From positions 1 through 64,000 of the IMG/VR virus record IMGVR_UViG_3300020469_000014: a stretch of 64,000 bases of DNA. The stretch is one strand, 5' to 3'. This DNA comes from an uncultured virus (IMG/VR IMGVR_UViG_3300020469_000014) (taxonomy: Duplodnaviria; Heunggongvirae; Uroviricota; Caudoviricetes). Numbering within the stretch: the first letter of the stretch is position 1; each line of letters begins with the position of its first letter. Positions 29,901-39,654 of the stretch are shown piece by piece. Below the pieces are notes generated by a model. The model had not been told where the DNA came from, did no database searches, and worked only from the letters and a program-made list of their open reading frames with translations. The position numbers and the translations under genes are program-made.

Positions 29901-32900
29901 TGATAATTTCATGATCAGTCTTAAGAACGACATTTTTAAATGTTATGTTGTTTCTACCTGTAACATCCGTGTCAGAAGATCCATATGTCTTTCTAGCATC
30001 AGAAGGAACAACAGGAGTCAAGTCATAGAAGGTCTTTTTAGGCCAATCAGTGTTTGTTGTTATCTTAACTGTAGAACCGACGTTTCCAGAGATACCATCT
30101 CTTATGATGTTGAATCCATCATCATTAGTTCCACTAACATCAAGCCTTTGAGTGAAATTAAGATCTCCAAAGAAATCAAGTTTCATATCCAACAAACTTT
30201 GATCCGAAACATCAAAAGTGATGATGTTACCAGTTATGAACTCTAATGGAGGATTAACCTTAGCAATAAAACTTGGATTGGTTGAAGTTGGCGTTGTTAT
30301 AGTTGTAATCGCTACAGGATTAGATTCAGACACATCAGACTTGTATTTACAGAGTTTGATGTTATCAATATCTTCTCTAAGCACAAAGTAAGTCTCATTA
30401 TGTACTAATCCACCAATAGTGTTGCCATTATCGTAATAAACAACTTTATCACCACTTTGGAAGTCATCATCTGCGATATTGAAACTTCTTAAGTCCGCAG
30501 TGAAATCAGACTTGGAGAATCCAACTTTTGCAGTTGTAATCTTAGCAACAACTGGATCATACCTAAGTTCAACAGTTTCAGCAGATTGTGGAAGTGCATC
30601 CAGTGTAATAATGTCACCAGTCAATAATTCGTGTACAGAACTAACTCCAACTTCTCCAAAGAACCTTTCTACCTTACTTGTAACTTTAGGGAAGTTGGTG
30701 GTAAAGGAATGTGCAAATCCAGCGTTTGAAGCAACACCATAGAACCAAATTGCATTACCTGTGGTGGGAATACCAGTTGTAGATAATCCAATGTAGTCTT
30801 GTTCAAAGTTAATTACATAAACACTACTATCGTTAACTAGAACCTCGGTTCCGACACCAGATGTAGCACCAGCAGAAACTTTTGCCCATACAAGAGATGT
30901 TCCACCAATACCCATGTTGTAAGTCAACTCTTGACCTGTAAAGAACGTATGTCCCTTAATAAAGATTCGTTGTTGAGGCACAAACCTGTTTTCGATGGTT
31001 TGTGATACAGCTGTGGATAATCCTGTAAGAGGAATACTGTAATGTGTGCCTGTAGAGCCAACACCGACTGTTTCTCGTGGATTAAAGTATGTGGTGCTGT
31101 TCTCAAAGGTAAATCTAGTGACAGTTGAATTACCAACAGGGAAAGAGAACTTAGTTGGTTTTAAAACAATGTTATTAGTGCCAACTGCGTGGGTCATTGC
31201 AGCACCAACGTAGTTTTCTCTGTTTACGAACAATCTAGAGAACCTTGAGTCAATATTGGTAACTGTCATGTTCTCCGTACCAATACCAATCCTATCGCCA
31301 GGTTCAAACCCTCTTACATCAGTAACAAAGATGGCAGTGCTAACACCAGTGGTATTAACGTTATCTAAGAATTGAGAAAGACCAGATGTTCTAGTAATAA
31401 CGCTAACTTTGCGGATACCATTGAACTCAGTAAAGTCCGCAGTGCTAATACCACTTAAAATTACAGTTTCACCACTTGCAATCTCATGAGGTATAGTTGT
31501 TACACCAGTAATCGTTTCTTTGGTCTTAACTAACTCAGTTCCACGGAAAGTAGTAACTCCAATCTCCACTTTATCGACAGGTTTACCCAGAACTGATCCA
31601 ATAACAATATTTGCTCCAGTTCCGTTAGTTCCACTATTATCAAGTTCCAATACATCATTAACTTTGTATCCATCACCTCTAGAAAAGATAGTTACGGAAG
31701 AAATACCAGAACTCTTTGTTTTGGTGACTTCAAATTCTTGTTTTAGGGCATCCTTGACATCATCAATCAATTCGTAGTCAGAATTACCATAAGAGAGATA
31801 ATATGGTGCTACGTTTCTTGTAATTTCTCTAGATGCAATATCAATGTCTTGATTGAAGAAAGTTGTGAAGTTTTCTTCGATTGGACTGTCCTTAAATGAT
31901 GAACCAAGTAAATATGGGAATTTTGGTTTAGCAACTCCACTAGAATCAACATCTACACTGTAGAAGTAAGCATATGATCCATCGGGGTACTGTGGTGTCA
32001 CACAATAACGCCCACCATGCACGTCAAGGTCTCCAGAGTTGTCAAAGAGGTAATCATTGGTGAAATACCCAAAGGCAAAGCCAGGAGGTCTCAGACCCGA
32101 TCTCGGAGTGGTGTCAAGAATGTATCCTGACTGCAATCTTCTAACGGCTCCTCCAGTTGGGGTTTGATATCCATAAGGACCATAAATTGGATTACCGTCG
32201 TAAGCAAAACCGAGTATAGGGGAGTGAAAAGCATTGGGAGTCTCTAGATTACCAGAATCGATATTGTCTCCAAGCTGGAATCTAAGTTTTTGTGGTGGAT
32301 AGATGCCTATTGTCTGTAATTGGAAGGCAGGGTTTGTACTTGGTTTAGTAAGTAGCGAATCTTCATCACTAATAATGGCATCGTTCTTCTGAACTTGGTT
32401 AATCTTCCATTCACGAACATTTGCAATGAACTTTGCAGATTTACCTCTGTTTTGTAGATCAAGTGTAGTATCACCTGATTTATAACCGATACCACCGTCG
32501 AGAACTCTTACACCAGTAATCTTATCACCAGTGATGACTGGTCTGATGTCTGCAAAGTCGCCTGTAGGACTGTAGATGACGATATCAGAGTCTTTACGGT
32601 ATCCTTTACCAGAAGCAAGGATTTGAACGTCTACGATCGATCCTTCAATGATGATTGGTTTGAGAAGTGCTTGATAAACAACAGTGGAGATACCAACATC
32701 GGGTCTTCTGTGGAAATCCATGATGTTAGTACAACCATAACCAGTACCACCCTCTTCTAGGTAAACACTTTCGATTTCACCAAGAACCAAAGGTGAAAAC
32801 TCAGGTCGAATGGCAGTTGTACTACCGATAGCAGATAAACTTTCAACATTAACAATAATGGGAGGATATTTGAAGGTATGCTTACCAGAACCAAATCCAC

Positions 32901-35900
32901 GAATGACAGTTGGCTTGTTTTTGTTATAATTGGTAAGATTTCTTTGTGTAGTAACTCCAACATCACATAATCTAAATCTATTATTGTCAATTACCTTAAC
33001 TGCATATTGTGTGGTTGTAGAAAGACCACTTGCAATAATTCCATCCGAAGAATACTCAACAATTTCACCATTATTGAAGTTATGATTAAATGCAAGAACA
33101 TAATCGTCTGATGTGCTAATACCTGACTGTGCATCACCGTTAGTTGGTCTACCTTGAACGATGACTTTCTTGTTTGAGTAACCAGATCCAGAATTTTTTA
33201 CATAGATCCTAGTAATTGTGTTTTTCGCTTGCACCGTCGTAAGACTGTGGAAACCAAAACTAATATTTCCAATATTTACGGTATTAATGCCTGCCTTTGC
33301 ATCTTCAGGTGTTTTATGTAACTTAACCGTCTTCTCATCGATAACACCAGCATAATATGTTGAACCATCAACGATATTGACAATAGGAGTGTTACCTCTT
33401 GCATCATAAATGATGCCTTCTCCAGATTCAAAGTTATGTCTCTTTTGGAAGGTGATACTTTCGTCAAATGTATTAACAGATGTACCATCAGCCTTGAAGT
33501 TAGCTACAATACGACCTCTGACTAGGTTAGACTCAAGAACGGCACCAGTTCCGTTACCACCGATAACAGTAATCTTAGGTTTTTCCTGATATCCGATGCC
33601 AGGAGTAACTAGTTTAACCTCTCTGAATGATCCAGAGACATTAGCATGAGCAAAAGCACCACTTCCCTGTTGATCGTTGATGATGAGTGGAGGTCCTGTG
33701 ATAACATCATAATCTTTACCCGAATTAGTGACTTTAACTTCTGTGATGTCACCGTGGAAGATCTGTTCATCAAAAACAGTAGGAGGGAATAGTTCAACAC
33801 CGTTTGCTAACAGTCCAACTGCTCTGTTATTAATTTGTCTCTGGTTCTTATCGTCGAATAAAGTCTGTTGTTTGTAATTAGGATACTTTCTAAGAATTTT
33901 TTGGTTTTTAAGAGTTTTGTTCTCCCATCCCGACTTATAGATGAACTGTCCAGAAGTATCAGTCCTAACAGCAATGTATTTTTTAGCAAATACATCAGAA
34001 CCACTATATGACAAGTAGAAGTCAGTTTGGTTGATAGCAGTTACAAAGTAGATACCAGTGCTGATACCACTATTGGTTGAATTGTCCCAATAAACCTTAT
34101 CACCAGTTACATAGTTGTGATTTAGGAGTTGATTAGTGTTTGATCCTAGACTGAATGAGGAGTCGTAAGACTGTAGGGTATAAGTAAACCCACCACCAAG
34201 TAAAGGTGTCCCAAAACCGTCCACAACCTCCACTGAGGAACTTTTTGTAAAGACCTTATTATCAGTTGCAAAGATAGGATAGTTAGGTAGACCAGAAGAA
34301 GTGATATAGAAGAATTCTTCGTTCTTATCTAAGTAACTATTATGAACTCCAACAGGAAATTCATCTACGCCTGGGAAATAGTCTGAGTTGTGAGATGCTT
34401 TAGTAACTGTTTTTGTAATTACATTTGGATTGACTGGAATTGCTGTGGCAGTCTGAACAACAACAGTATTTGCATAGACCTTAGAAGTATTGCTTGCGTC
34501 ATACTCAATATCCTTAACTGTAATAAGAGAAGACTCTCCATTTTGATTTTTGATGACTAAAACTTCGTCAACGTAGAAAACAACAGAATCAAAGATACTA
34601 ATTCTGTAAGTATTGACGTTTACCTGACTAACTTTAGAAATATTATGACTGGAAGGAATATTATAGATCCAGTTATTGAATTGTGGCTTTTGCCCTAAGT
34701 CTGTACCGAATGAAAGCAACTTAAGACTGTCACCAATTTGCATATTGGTGGATTGACTTGCATCTGCATTATCAATGACGTTTACAAGTCTAAATTGCAT
34801 TATAGATGTTTGGCCAAAACCAGCATAAGCGTATGCAAGTTTATTTTCAAGAATATCTGCACCAAATATCAAGTCAGTAGAGATTCCAGAAACGCCTAGG
34901 AACTGATTAATAGTTTTATCGTTATAACTGACGTTTAGGAAGTTAGAACCCTTTGTAGGTCTTACAAGAAGAGTTCCTGACTGTCCGAATCCAACTGTAG
35001 AGTCAACTACAATCGTACTTGACGCAGCATTAATGATCTCAAGTGTTTTTGTCTTACCAGGCACTTGAAAATTGCCATCAAATGATGTAGAGTCCAATGA
35101 CAACTCGAAAAAGTCAGTCTGGTTGATCGGTCTATACTCTACATTGTAGATTGAAGCACTTACAGTACCAATTCCAGCAACATCTTGGAATAAGAAATTA
35201 CCAATAGATTCCAATGGTTGTCCACCGAAAAGGTTTTCAACTAAAACATGTTTGGTTTTGAAATATACGTTTGCAGACGGAGTTAGAGTACTATCAATCG
35301 GTTTGAGGAGTTCAATGTCCTCACCGTATAGAAGTTTGAAAAGAATCTGGTAGGAAGCGTCAGTTCCCTTCGACATGTAGAAGTCTTTTGCCCTAGTAAG
35401 GATGTTAGTAACAGATGTACCAGAGATAAAGTTTCTGTTTTCAAATCCAGGCAAAAATTCAGTCTTGAATTTTGAAAAGAATGTTTGTAGGAATAGATTG
35501 CTTAAATTTAAGACTACAGATCCACTTGGATGTGCAACTGACTCTGTTTCGTTGAACTGTAGGAACTCAGCATCATCGTCTTTTGATATTTGATCAATAC
35601 CACTGAATCCTCTAGCACATTCCACAAAGGATGTGGCAGTTTTAGACTTGTAAGTTATAATCTCGTTTTCAATCTTCAACAAACCATAAGTATCTGGCCA
35701 ACCAACTGTTGAAGCAACTTCAATTACGTCGTCACCAGCAAAACAAGATGCGGTAAGAGCGGTATTTGGTATTAAAGTCTCATTATTGAAGGCACTAATC
35801 TTTCTATACTCGGCAAGGTTGTTTGCCAAGTCAGTCATACCTGATTGATGTTCCTGAGACTGGTAATACAGATCTAGGAAAGACTGGAACAGTGCAGACT

Positions 35901-35970
35901 CTTCGTTAATGAACTCAGGAATCTGAGACTCAACTAAATGAGATATCTTTACTCTTTTAATATCTGTCAT
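26947..35970 (-). CDS. gp7: Baseplate wedge initiator gp7 (expanded cyanophage form, 3007 aa)
   Basis: ESQIPEFI, KDFY.SKGT..SY.ILFKLLYG, HSPILGFAYDGNPIYGPYG, YFQKFSYSIKS...HPSG; directly downstream of gp6. Confidence 0.88.
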   Translation of the reverse strand: MTDIKRVKISHLVESQIPEFINEESALFQSFLDLYYQSQEHQSGMTDLANNLAEYRKISAFNNETLIPNTALTASCFAGDDVIEVASTVGWPDTYGLLKIENEIITYKSKTATSFVECARGFSGIDQISKDDDAEFLQFNETESVAHPSGSVVLNLSNLFLQTFFSKFKTEFLPGFENRNFISGTSVTNILTRAKDFYMSKGTDASYQILFKLLYGEDIELLKPIDSTLTPSANVYFKTKHVLVENLFGGQPLESIGNFLFQDVAGIGTVSASIYNVEYRPINQTDFFELSLDSTSFDGNFQVPGKTKTLEIINAASSTIVVDSTVGFGQSGTLLVRPTKGSNFLNVSYNDKTINQFLGVSGISTDLIFGADILENKLAYAYAGFGQTSIMQFRLVNVIDNADASQSTNMQIGDSLKLLSFGTDLGQKPQFNNWIYNIPSSHNISKVSQVNVNTYRISIFDSVVFYVDEVLVIKNQNGESSLITVKDIEYDASNTSKVYANTVVVQTATAIPVNPNVITKTVTKASHNSDYFPGVDEFPVGVHNSYLDKNEEFFYITSSGLPNYPIFATDNKVFTKSSSVEVVDGFGTPLLGGGFTYTLQSYDSSFSLGSNTNQLLNHNYVTGDKVYWDNSTNSGISTGIYFVTAINQTDFYLSYSGSDVFAKKYIAVRTDTSGQFIYKSGWENKTLKNQKILRKYPNYKQQTLFDDKNQRQINNRAVGLLANGVELFPPTVFDEQIFHGDITEVKVTNSGKDYDVITGPPLIINDQQGSGAFAHANVSGSFREVKLVTPGIGYQEKPKITVIGGNGTGAVLESNLVRGRIVANFKADGTSVNTFDESITFQKRHNFESGEGIIYDARGNTPIVNIVDGSTYYAGVIDEKTVKLHKTPEDAKAGINTVNIGNISFGFHSLTTVQAKNTITRIYVKNSGSGYSNKKVIVQGRPTNGDAQSGISTSDDYVLAFNHNFNNGEIVEYSSDGIIASGLSTTTQYAVKVIDNNRFRLCDVGVTTQRNLTNYNKNKPTVIRGFGSGKHTFKYPPIIVNVESLSAIGSTTAIRPEFSPLVLGEIESVYLEEGGTGYGCTNIMDFHRRPDVGISTVVYQALLKPIIIEGSIVDVQILASGKGYRKDSDIVIYSPTGDFADIRPVITGDKITGVRVLDGGIGYKSGDTTLDLQNRGKSAKFIANVREWKINQVQKNDAIISDEDSLLTKPSTNPAFQLQTIGIYPPQKLRFQLGDNIDSGNLETPNAFHSPILGFAYDGNPIYGPYGYQTPTGGAVRRLQSGYILDTTPRSGLRPPGFAFGYFTNDYLFDNSGDLDVHGGRYCVTPQYPDGSYAYFYSVDVDSSGVAKPKFPYLLGSSFKDSPIEENFTTFFNQDIDIASREITRNVAPYYLSYGNSDYELIDDVKDALKQEFEVTKTKSSGISSVTIFSRGDGYKVNDVLELDNSGTNGTGANIVIGSVLGKPVDKVEIGVTTFRGTELVKTKETITGVTTIPHEIASGETVILSGISTADFTEFNGIRKVSVITRTSGLSQFLDNVNTTGVSTAIFVTDVRGFEPGDRIGIGTENMTVTNIDSRFSRLFVNRENYVGAAMTHAVGTNNIVLKPTKFSFPVGNSTVTRFTFENSTTYFNPRETVGVGSTGTHYSIPLTGLSTAVSQTIENRFVPQQRIFIKGHTFFTGQELTYNMGIGGTSLVWAKVSAGATSGVGTEVLVNDSSVYVINFEQDYIGLSTTGIPTTGNAIWFYGVASNAGFAHSFTTNFPKVTSKVERFFGEVGVSSVHELLTGDIITLDALPQSAETVELRYDPVVAKITTAKVGFSKSDFTADLRSFNIADDDFQSGDKVVYYDNGNTIGGLVHNETYFVLREDIDNIKLCKYKSDVSESNPVAITTITTPTSTNPSFIAKVNPPLEFITGNIITFDVSDQSLLDMKLDFFGDLNFTQRLDVSGTNDDGFNIIRDGISGNVGSTVKITTNTDWPKKTFYDLTPVVPSDARKTYGSSDTDVTGRNNITFKNVVLKTDHEIIRKDDKAFTFNLKEKPTAPQRLISRVGVSTITYSTASSNARGPIKSTKINFPGKGYTILPRVIGFASTQGKDGIVKVSSPEIGQIDIIERIKDGFDYPTDPTLLPFLSVPAIVDISGIARMDEIQVVDGGTRYNQPPTLAVRGNNRVKIVATVKGGSVDKVDILENAFEFTEPLSVITTNNSNGYDIDAITHSGTSVTVELLLDPQFNLPVTTGYGSTDVKLPFNVGDKVFVENCRIKPASLANGEGNFNSDVYDFAFYTVTGINTTNSTVTFDMGNAPGISTVTLGSYDDDFTLGSIVNFNDMAKFNMTIIDDAKFLSGEKVTSNRFEGFVAEGGWQGKISQLRLRDTIGTLRSGDTLVGEVSGLKGNVRDVNRFSVRTTLGVTRDKVTKNDMNIGILNDFSQRLSDNFYFQKFSYSIKSRLPYNTWKESVRSIVHPSGFLEFSDLIIESDSKKDATTLDLVNVGIAKSNNMKVKAVDTKVDLILNIDNEIYLGKRTNFAMVTEDDQLDNGSIQRIFFPEGRPIKSFIMNKTNKVLNLDDISAGFNGTHNRSGTLVGSKQFSLSVGGEPVFKKSYNSAATANVDLALNIISIQNHNFQTGQTVILDTQGGSKIGIATTSHTTGTKDIIMAARSSGIGGSAMFENGYNVQIPGPVTGTAVTANPPGDLFRIYGFGNIDGGLPGISTRGQDARFQVKFDFNQTTGLCISTAVTLTIGGAGYFVGDNVSIAGTHLGGATPANDLTFPVTKVTGTRTGVQTSYLNVPSTNDGTGSGGVFSITRDGNLDVTNIDVINGGTGYASTNVISIAGTYVGGSTPTDNIFLSPVELGTDVMPNELFVQKVDDVKFRISGLSTSLPFQFTGLGTGTHLLKVADPNKQALIMIDNIIQTPIKNKKLGVQVSVPVGTTDQGIAIGVGIGSLSKGDIIRLDDELIKINQIGDTTFVQSRSALANSTVDTDFYYDTKRVNSTVTKCGSTFATHDDNPPY

Positions 35971-37845
35971 TTATCTTGTGTAGATTGATTCGCTAGCGTA
36001 ACTAGATGTTGTGACGTAGGCAGTAGCAGATGTATTCTCACCAGAGGATACAACGTCAGGAAGTGCATTAACAGAACTGTTGGTAACGTCTAACTGTAGA
36101 TAAAGATCTTTAAGAGCGATAACATCATTAGACTGAGGAATTGCCTCAACCTGTATCTGACCATTCGCTAAAGAAGTACCTGTTATATTTACCACATCAA
36201 GATTGATCTCTCCGTGAACGTAATCAATTGTACCAGCATCATTTTTGACGACTAAAGGTAGGTTGTTTTCAAGTTTAAAGAAAATGATCTTACCTACATC
36301 AGTTCCAGCGATAGGAATATCTCCCATGTAAATGGTTCCAGAGATATTACTTACGTTAAATCCTGTGGAACGTATTCCATATCCATTACGTTGTTTAAAG
36401 AACGCATTTCCATAACAAAGTTCATAAGTTGCAAAAGTATTGATCTCAGGAGTGATGTCCCTTCTCATTTTTACCTTTGTAATGTTAGAAGTAACACCCC
36501 TTGCAGAGTTATCAACCAATCCAACAATTTTAGAGTACTTAAATCTTCCACCAAAAGCATTGATATCAGATGATCGTGAATATGATGTCAAAGCCTTTGT
36601 TACAGATGTAACTAATTCAGTGGCATCTGAAAGTGCGTTACTATTGTAGTAGACAGAAGTGTCAACTTCAACGTAAAGATATTTGAGGTCAATAATTTCT
36701 GGTTTGATACCAGCAATAGAATATTGTTTAAGTTGTCTGGAGATATCGTCCTTTGTAATCTGTGAAAGGAAAGAACCATTCTTTGGTTTGATGGAAATGA
36801 ACACTTTTCCATACTCAGGTGGATCAAGTTCCTCTCCACCGTAGGAGGTCACAGATTCAACGTTAGGATACACGAATGGAATTATACCTGTGTAGTCATT
36901 TGCCGTCACTGCACGGTATTGTGAGGAGTATATACGAGGTGCTAGGTATTTGATAGAACTAATGTCTTCAATATTGTCTCCATCAGCTGCTGCCTGTGAA
37001 GTTCTGACAACTGAGATGCCTGATGTTACCGATTGCCCTTGATCATCCTCCAAAACTCCGACAAATGAGAATTTTCTAGCTTCGTTTCCGTTCTTTCCAT
37101 TTGTGACAATGTAATTTACGGTAACTGTAGCTCCAGCTGGCGGTCTTTTTCCTAAAATACCGTCTCCAAAGAGAAGTTCATACTGTTCATCTTCAATTTC
37201 TTGAATTAGGAAGAGTTTTGACGTAGCATCGACTCTTAAAATGTTATCATAGAGTGTATAAATCTCTTTTGTCGTAGATTCGACAATAACACGAATAGAA
37301 GTTGAGTCAATATTTGCGTTTGGAAGAATAAAACGTTGATTTGGTTGAGAATAATCAACTTGGAAAGTTTTTTGAAGGTAAATTCCTTCGTAAATGTTTA
37401 AATTATTAAATCTAGCTACATTAGTTTCGTCTGTTGTTGCAACAAAGTCGTCTGGAATCGAAAAAATGTAAGATCCACCTTGTTGAGCACCTAAGGCAAC
37501 CTGTCCAGCCTTCAAAGTTACGATTCTAGTTTCATTGTCACCCATGTTTACTGAGAAATTGATGACTGCCCTAGCAGATCTAGTCGATCTAGGTACATAT
37601 CCAATGTTTCTAGCAAGTGAAACAACGTTTTCTCTTAGAGTTGCACTGTCAAGGAAGCACTCATTGACTGCCATGTTAGTATTGTAGGCAGTAATGTAAC
37701 TATTGTACGCTAAAAGATCAATTAGAATCGAAAAGTTAGATCCCTCAAAGTCAAAATCTGAGAAATCACTATTAGTTCTAAGGTAATCTTTGATTTGAGC
37801 TCGAAGATCAGCGAAGTCTAGGTTTGTGAATTGATTGAAGGACAT
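35971..37845 (-). CDS. gp6: Baseplate wedge subunit gp6
   Basis: LDFADLR.QIKDYL...DFDFEGSN, DSATLRENVVSLARNIGYVPRS, FGDGILGK, RAVTANDY. Confidence 0.96.
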   Translation of the reverse strand: MSFNQFTNLDFADLRAQIKDYLRTNSDFSDFDFEGSNFSILIDLLAYNSYITAYNTNMAVNECFLDSATLRENVVSLARNIGYVPRSTRSARAVINFSVNMGDNETRIVTLKAGQVALGAQQGGSYIFSIPDDFVATTDETNVARFNNLNIYEGIYLQKTFQVDYSQPNQRFILPNANIDSTSIRVIVESTTKEIYTLYDNILRVDATSKLFLIQEIEDEQYELLFGDGILGKRPPAGATVTVNYIVTNGKNGNEARKFSFVGVLEDDQGQSVTSGISVVRTSQAAADGDNIEDISSIKYLAPRIYSSQYRAVTANDYTGIIPFVYPNVESVTSYGGEELDPPEYGKVFISIKPKNGSFLSQITKDDISRQLKQYSIAGIKPEIIDLKYLYVEVDTSVYYNSNALSDATELVTSVTKALTSYSRSSDINAFGGRFKYSKIVGLVDNSARGVTSNITKVKMRRDITPEINTFATYELCYGNAFFKQRNGYGIRSTGFNVSNISGTIYMGDIPIAGTDVGKIIFFKLENNLPLVVKNDAGTIDYVHGEINLDVVNITGTSLANGQIQVEAIPQSNDVIALKDLYLQLDVTNSSVNALPDVVSSGENTSATAYVTTSSYASESIYTR

Positions 37846-38261
37846 TATATTCTAGTTGATTGAAGGATAAAGTCTACATTTTGTCTTGGAATAGTTAATC
37901 CAACGATATCGTAAGCAATAGTTATGTTTAAATTATTGGTATCAATAGGAACAGATATCTGACACTTAATATTATTGATTCTAGGTTCAAAGTTTTCTAG
38001 CAGAAGGTACAAATCATCCTCTAAACTGTAGGCCATAGCCTCATCAGCATTCTCAAATAGAGAATTTTCAATCTCACTTCCTAAACGTGGAGCATAAAAC
38101 CTCTCTCCAAGCTTAGTTCTTACCAAATTCTCAACAGATCGCTTGATTGCATCCTCATTTGTCAAAGATCCAATGTCATCTGTGACAGGATGCTTTGCAA
38201 AACTAAGACTAATATCCCGAAAATACCTTTTCTGGACTAACGCTCTATCGATTTTGGACAT
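37845..38261 (-). CDS. gp25: Baseplate wedge subunit gp25
   Basis: DISLSF..HP, AIKRSV.NLV.T..GERF..P.LGS, FEPRI; coupled to gp6. Confidence 0.93.
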   Translation of the reverse strand: MSKIDRALVQKRYFRDISLSFAKHPVTDDIGSLTNEDAIKRSVENLVRTKLGERFYAPRLGSEIENSLFENADEAMAYSLEDDLYLLLENFEPRINNIKCQISVPIDTNNLNITIAYDIVGLTIPRQNVDFILQSTRI

Positions 38262-38398
38262 TATTCACTCAGATTTTGTTTTCTTTTCTTATCATTAGTG
38301 TCATCGCCAACAACTTCACGCAACATATCGTCTGATTCTTCTGGTTTTTCGATAAAACCATCGTCAGGAATGGTGAATTGGGTGTTTTTTAACTTCAT
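38261..38398 (-). CDS. Small acidic hypothetical protein (45 aa)
   Basis: Manual ORF MKLKNTQFTIPDDGFIEKPEESDDMLREVVGD...; TAATG coupling to gp25; CTAAATA at 38424-38430. Confidence 0.65.
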   Translation of the reverse strand: MKLKNTQFTIPDDGFIEKPEESDDMLREVVGDDTNDKKRKQNLSE

Positions 38399-38434
38399 CT
38401 TGGACAAAATTATTATCATTATGTATTTAGACAC

Positions 38435-38460
38435 AAAAAAAGACCCTTTTTAGGGTCTTT
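38435..38460 (-). terminator. Rho-independent terminator
   Basis: Minus strand AAAGACCC-taaaaa-GGGTC followed by a T run; just upstream of the late promoter of the baseplate operon. Confidence 0.8.
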
Positions 38461-38480
38461 GAAAGAATTATAAGTTAATA

Positions 38481-38633
38481 TCAACCAGCAGATAGTGGAG
38501 ACTGTGATGAATTGGTGTTTGCGGCAGCCTTTTTGCGAGCTTGAGCGCTAACATCGTACTGACCTTTGACACTGCCGTCCTTAAAACCAGCGCTTTCTAC
38601 ATTCCTTGGTGACTTTGTAGGATCTGAATCCAT
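38481..38633 (-). CDS. Small hypothetical protein (50 aa)
   Basis: Manual ORF MDSDPTKSPRNVESAGF...GQYDVSAQARKKAAA; AAGGA upstream; ATAAATA at 38656-38662. Confidence 0.65.
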   Translation of the reverse strand: MDSDPTKSPRNVESAGFKDGSVKGQYDVSAQARKKAAANTNSSQSPLSAG

Positions 38634-38654
38634 AACTACTTTCCTTTTTTTCTT

Positions 38655-38819
38655 TTATTTATCAATTTGAGCCCGTAATCGGTCTGGAGAAATACCTTCT
38701 GAGAGGTAAAACTCCAGTCTGGATTGTGCTTCGTCCTTAGTAAGACCTGTATCTTGCTTAGGATTGTTTACACACCATCCAGAAGTACCCAATTCGACTA
38801 CTTTGTACTTAGTATCCAT
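38655..38819 (-). CDS. Small hypothetical protein (54 aa)
   Basis: Manual ORF MDTKYKVVELGTSGW...LTKDEAQSRLEFYLSEGISPDRLR; TAATG coupling. Confidence 0.7.
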   Translation of the reverse strand: MDTKYKVVELGTSGWCVNNPKQDTGLTKDEAQSRLEFYLSEGISPDRLRAQIDK

Positions 38820-39577
38820 TAGAGAATCCTTGTTTTTTCGTGTCCAACGCGAATCTTAGGATCAATCCAAATCTCCATACCAGCTTCTTTTGCATCTAAG
38901 CAGAAAGAAACGTCCTCTCCACACATATCTTGGACTTCTCCTGAGTCAAAGACTTGCATTTTAGGTGCAAACCAAGGATACTTCATCTCTGTATGTTCAA
39001 ATACACCGTTCTCGATGAGCAACCAACCAAATCCAGTGTAGTCAACTGTGAAAGGCTTGCGACGACGAGAGATAGATTCAATGGTTTCGTGATTCATAAC
39101 CCCACCATTCTTGGCAAAGTCCTCTTCTTCCAACCAATGTGCCACTGAAGTGGTCTTTCCATCCTCTGTGCAATACCAACCACCTGCAATCTGTTTCTGC
39201 ATCCAAACCAAACGGTAGAACTTCTCTGTATCAAAGACGATATCAGAGTCAATCCAGAGTTGCCAGTCGTACTTGAGTTTACCATCCCAAGGAACTTGAT
39301 CAGGTCCACGCAATACGTTTGCACCTAGGCACTTGCAACGTGCAAAGTTGACCATAGATGAGTAGTCTTGACTGATCTGAATAGAAGAACCATTCTGAAC
39401 TAGATCAAAACAAAGTTGAACGAAATTCTTGAGGAAGATATATGACACGCCTCTGCCTGGTAGACAGAATACGATCGCTTTTCCTTTTGCTAATGCCTTC
39501 GCTTCCTCAAGATTAAAATCATCCTCGACTTTCTTAGTCTTGGGAGCGTTTGCTTTTACTGTAAATCCTTTAGCCAT
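38819..39577 (-). CDS. GT-A fold glycosyltransferase-like protein
   Basis: WIDSDI (DxD), TGFGWLLI, GEDVSFC, W.DP.IRVGH motifs; upstream TGGACA-17-TATACT promoter. Confidence 0.8.
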   Translation of the reverse strand: MAKGFTVKANAPKTKKVEDDFNLEEAKALAKGKAIVFCLPGRGVSYIFLKNFVQLCFDLVQNGSSIQISQDYSSMVNFARCKCLGANVLRGPDQVPWDGKLKYDWQLWIDSDIVFDTEKFYRLVWMQKQIAGGWYCTEDGKTTSVAHWLEEEDFAKNGGVMNHETIESISRRRKPFTVDYTGFGWLLIENGVFEHTEMKYPWFAPKMQVFDSGEVQDMCGEDVSFCLDAKEAGMEIWIDPKIRVGHEKTRIL

Positions 39578-39654
39578 AACTTATTGTCAGTACATAGTAA
39601 GTATACCACGGTCAAATCAATTTGTCCATAGTGTTATATTATATAGTCACGAAA

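Noticed and set aside
7724..35970. Inteins or assembly fusions explaining the 2500-3000-aa ORFs
   Set aside because: No intein splice or LAGLIDADG motifs noticed; the length is explained by repeated beta-rich modules typical of cyanophage baseplate proteins.
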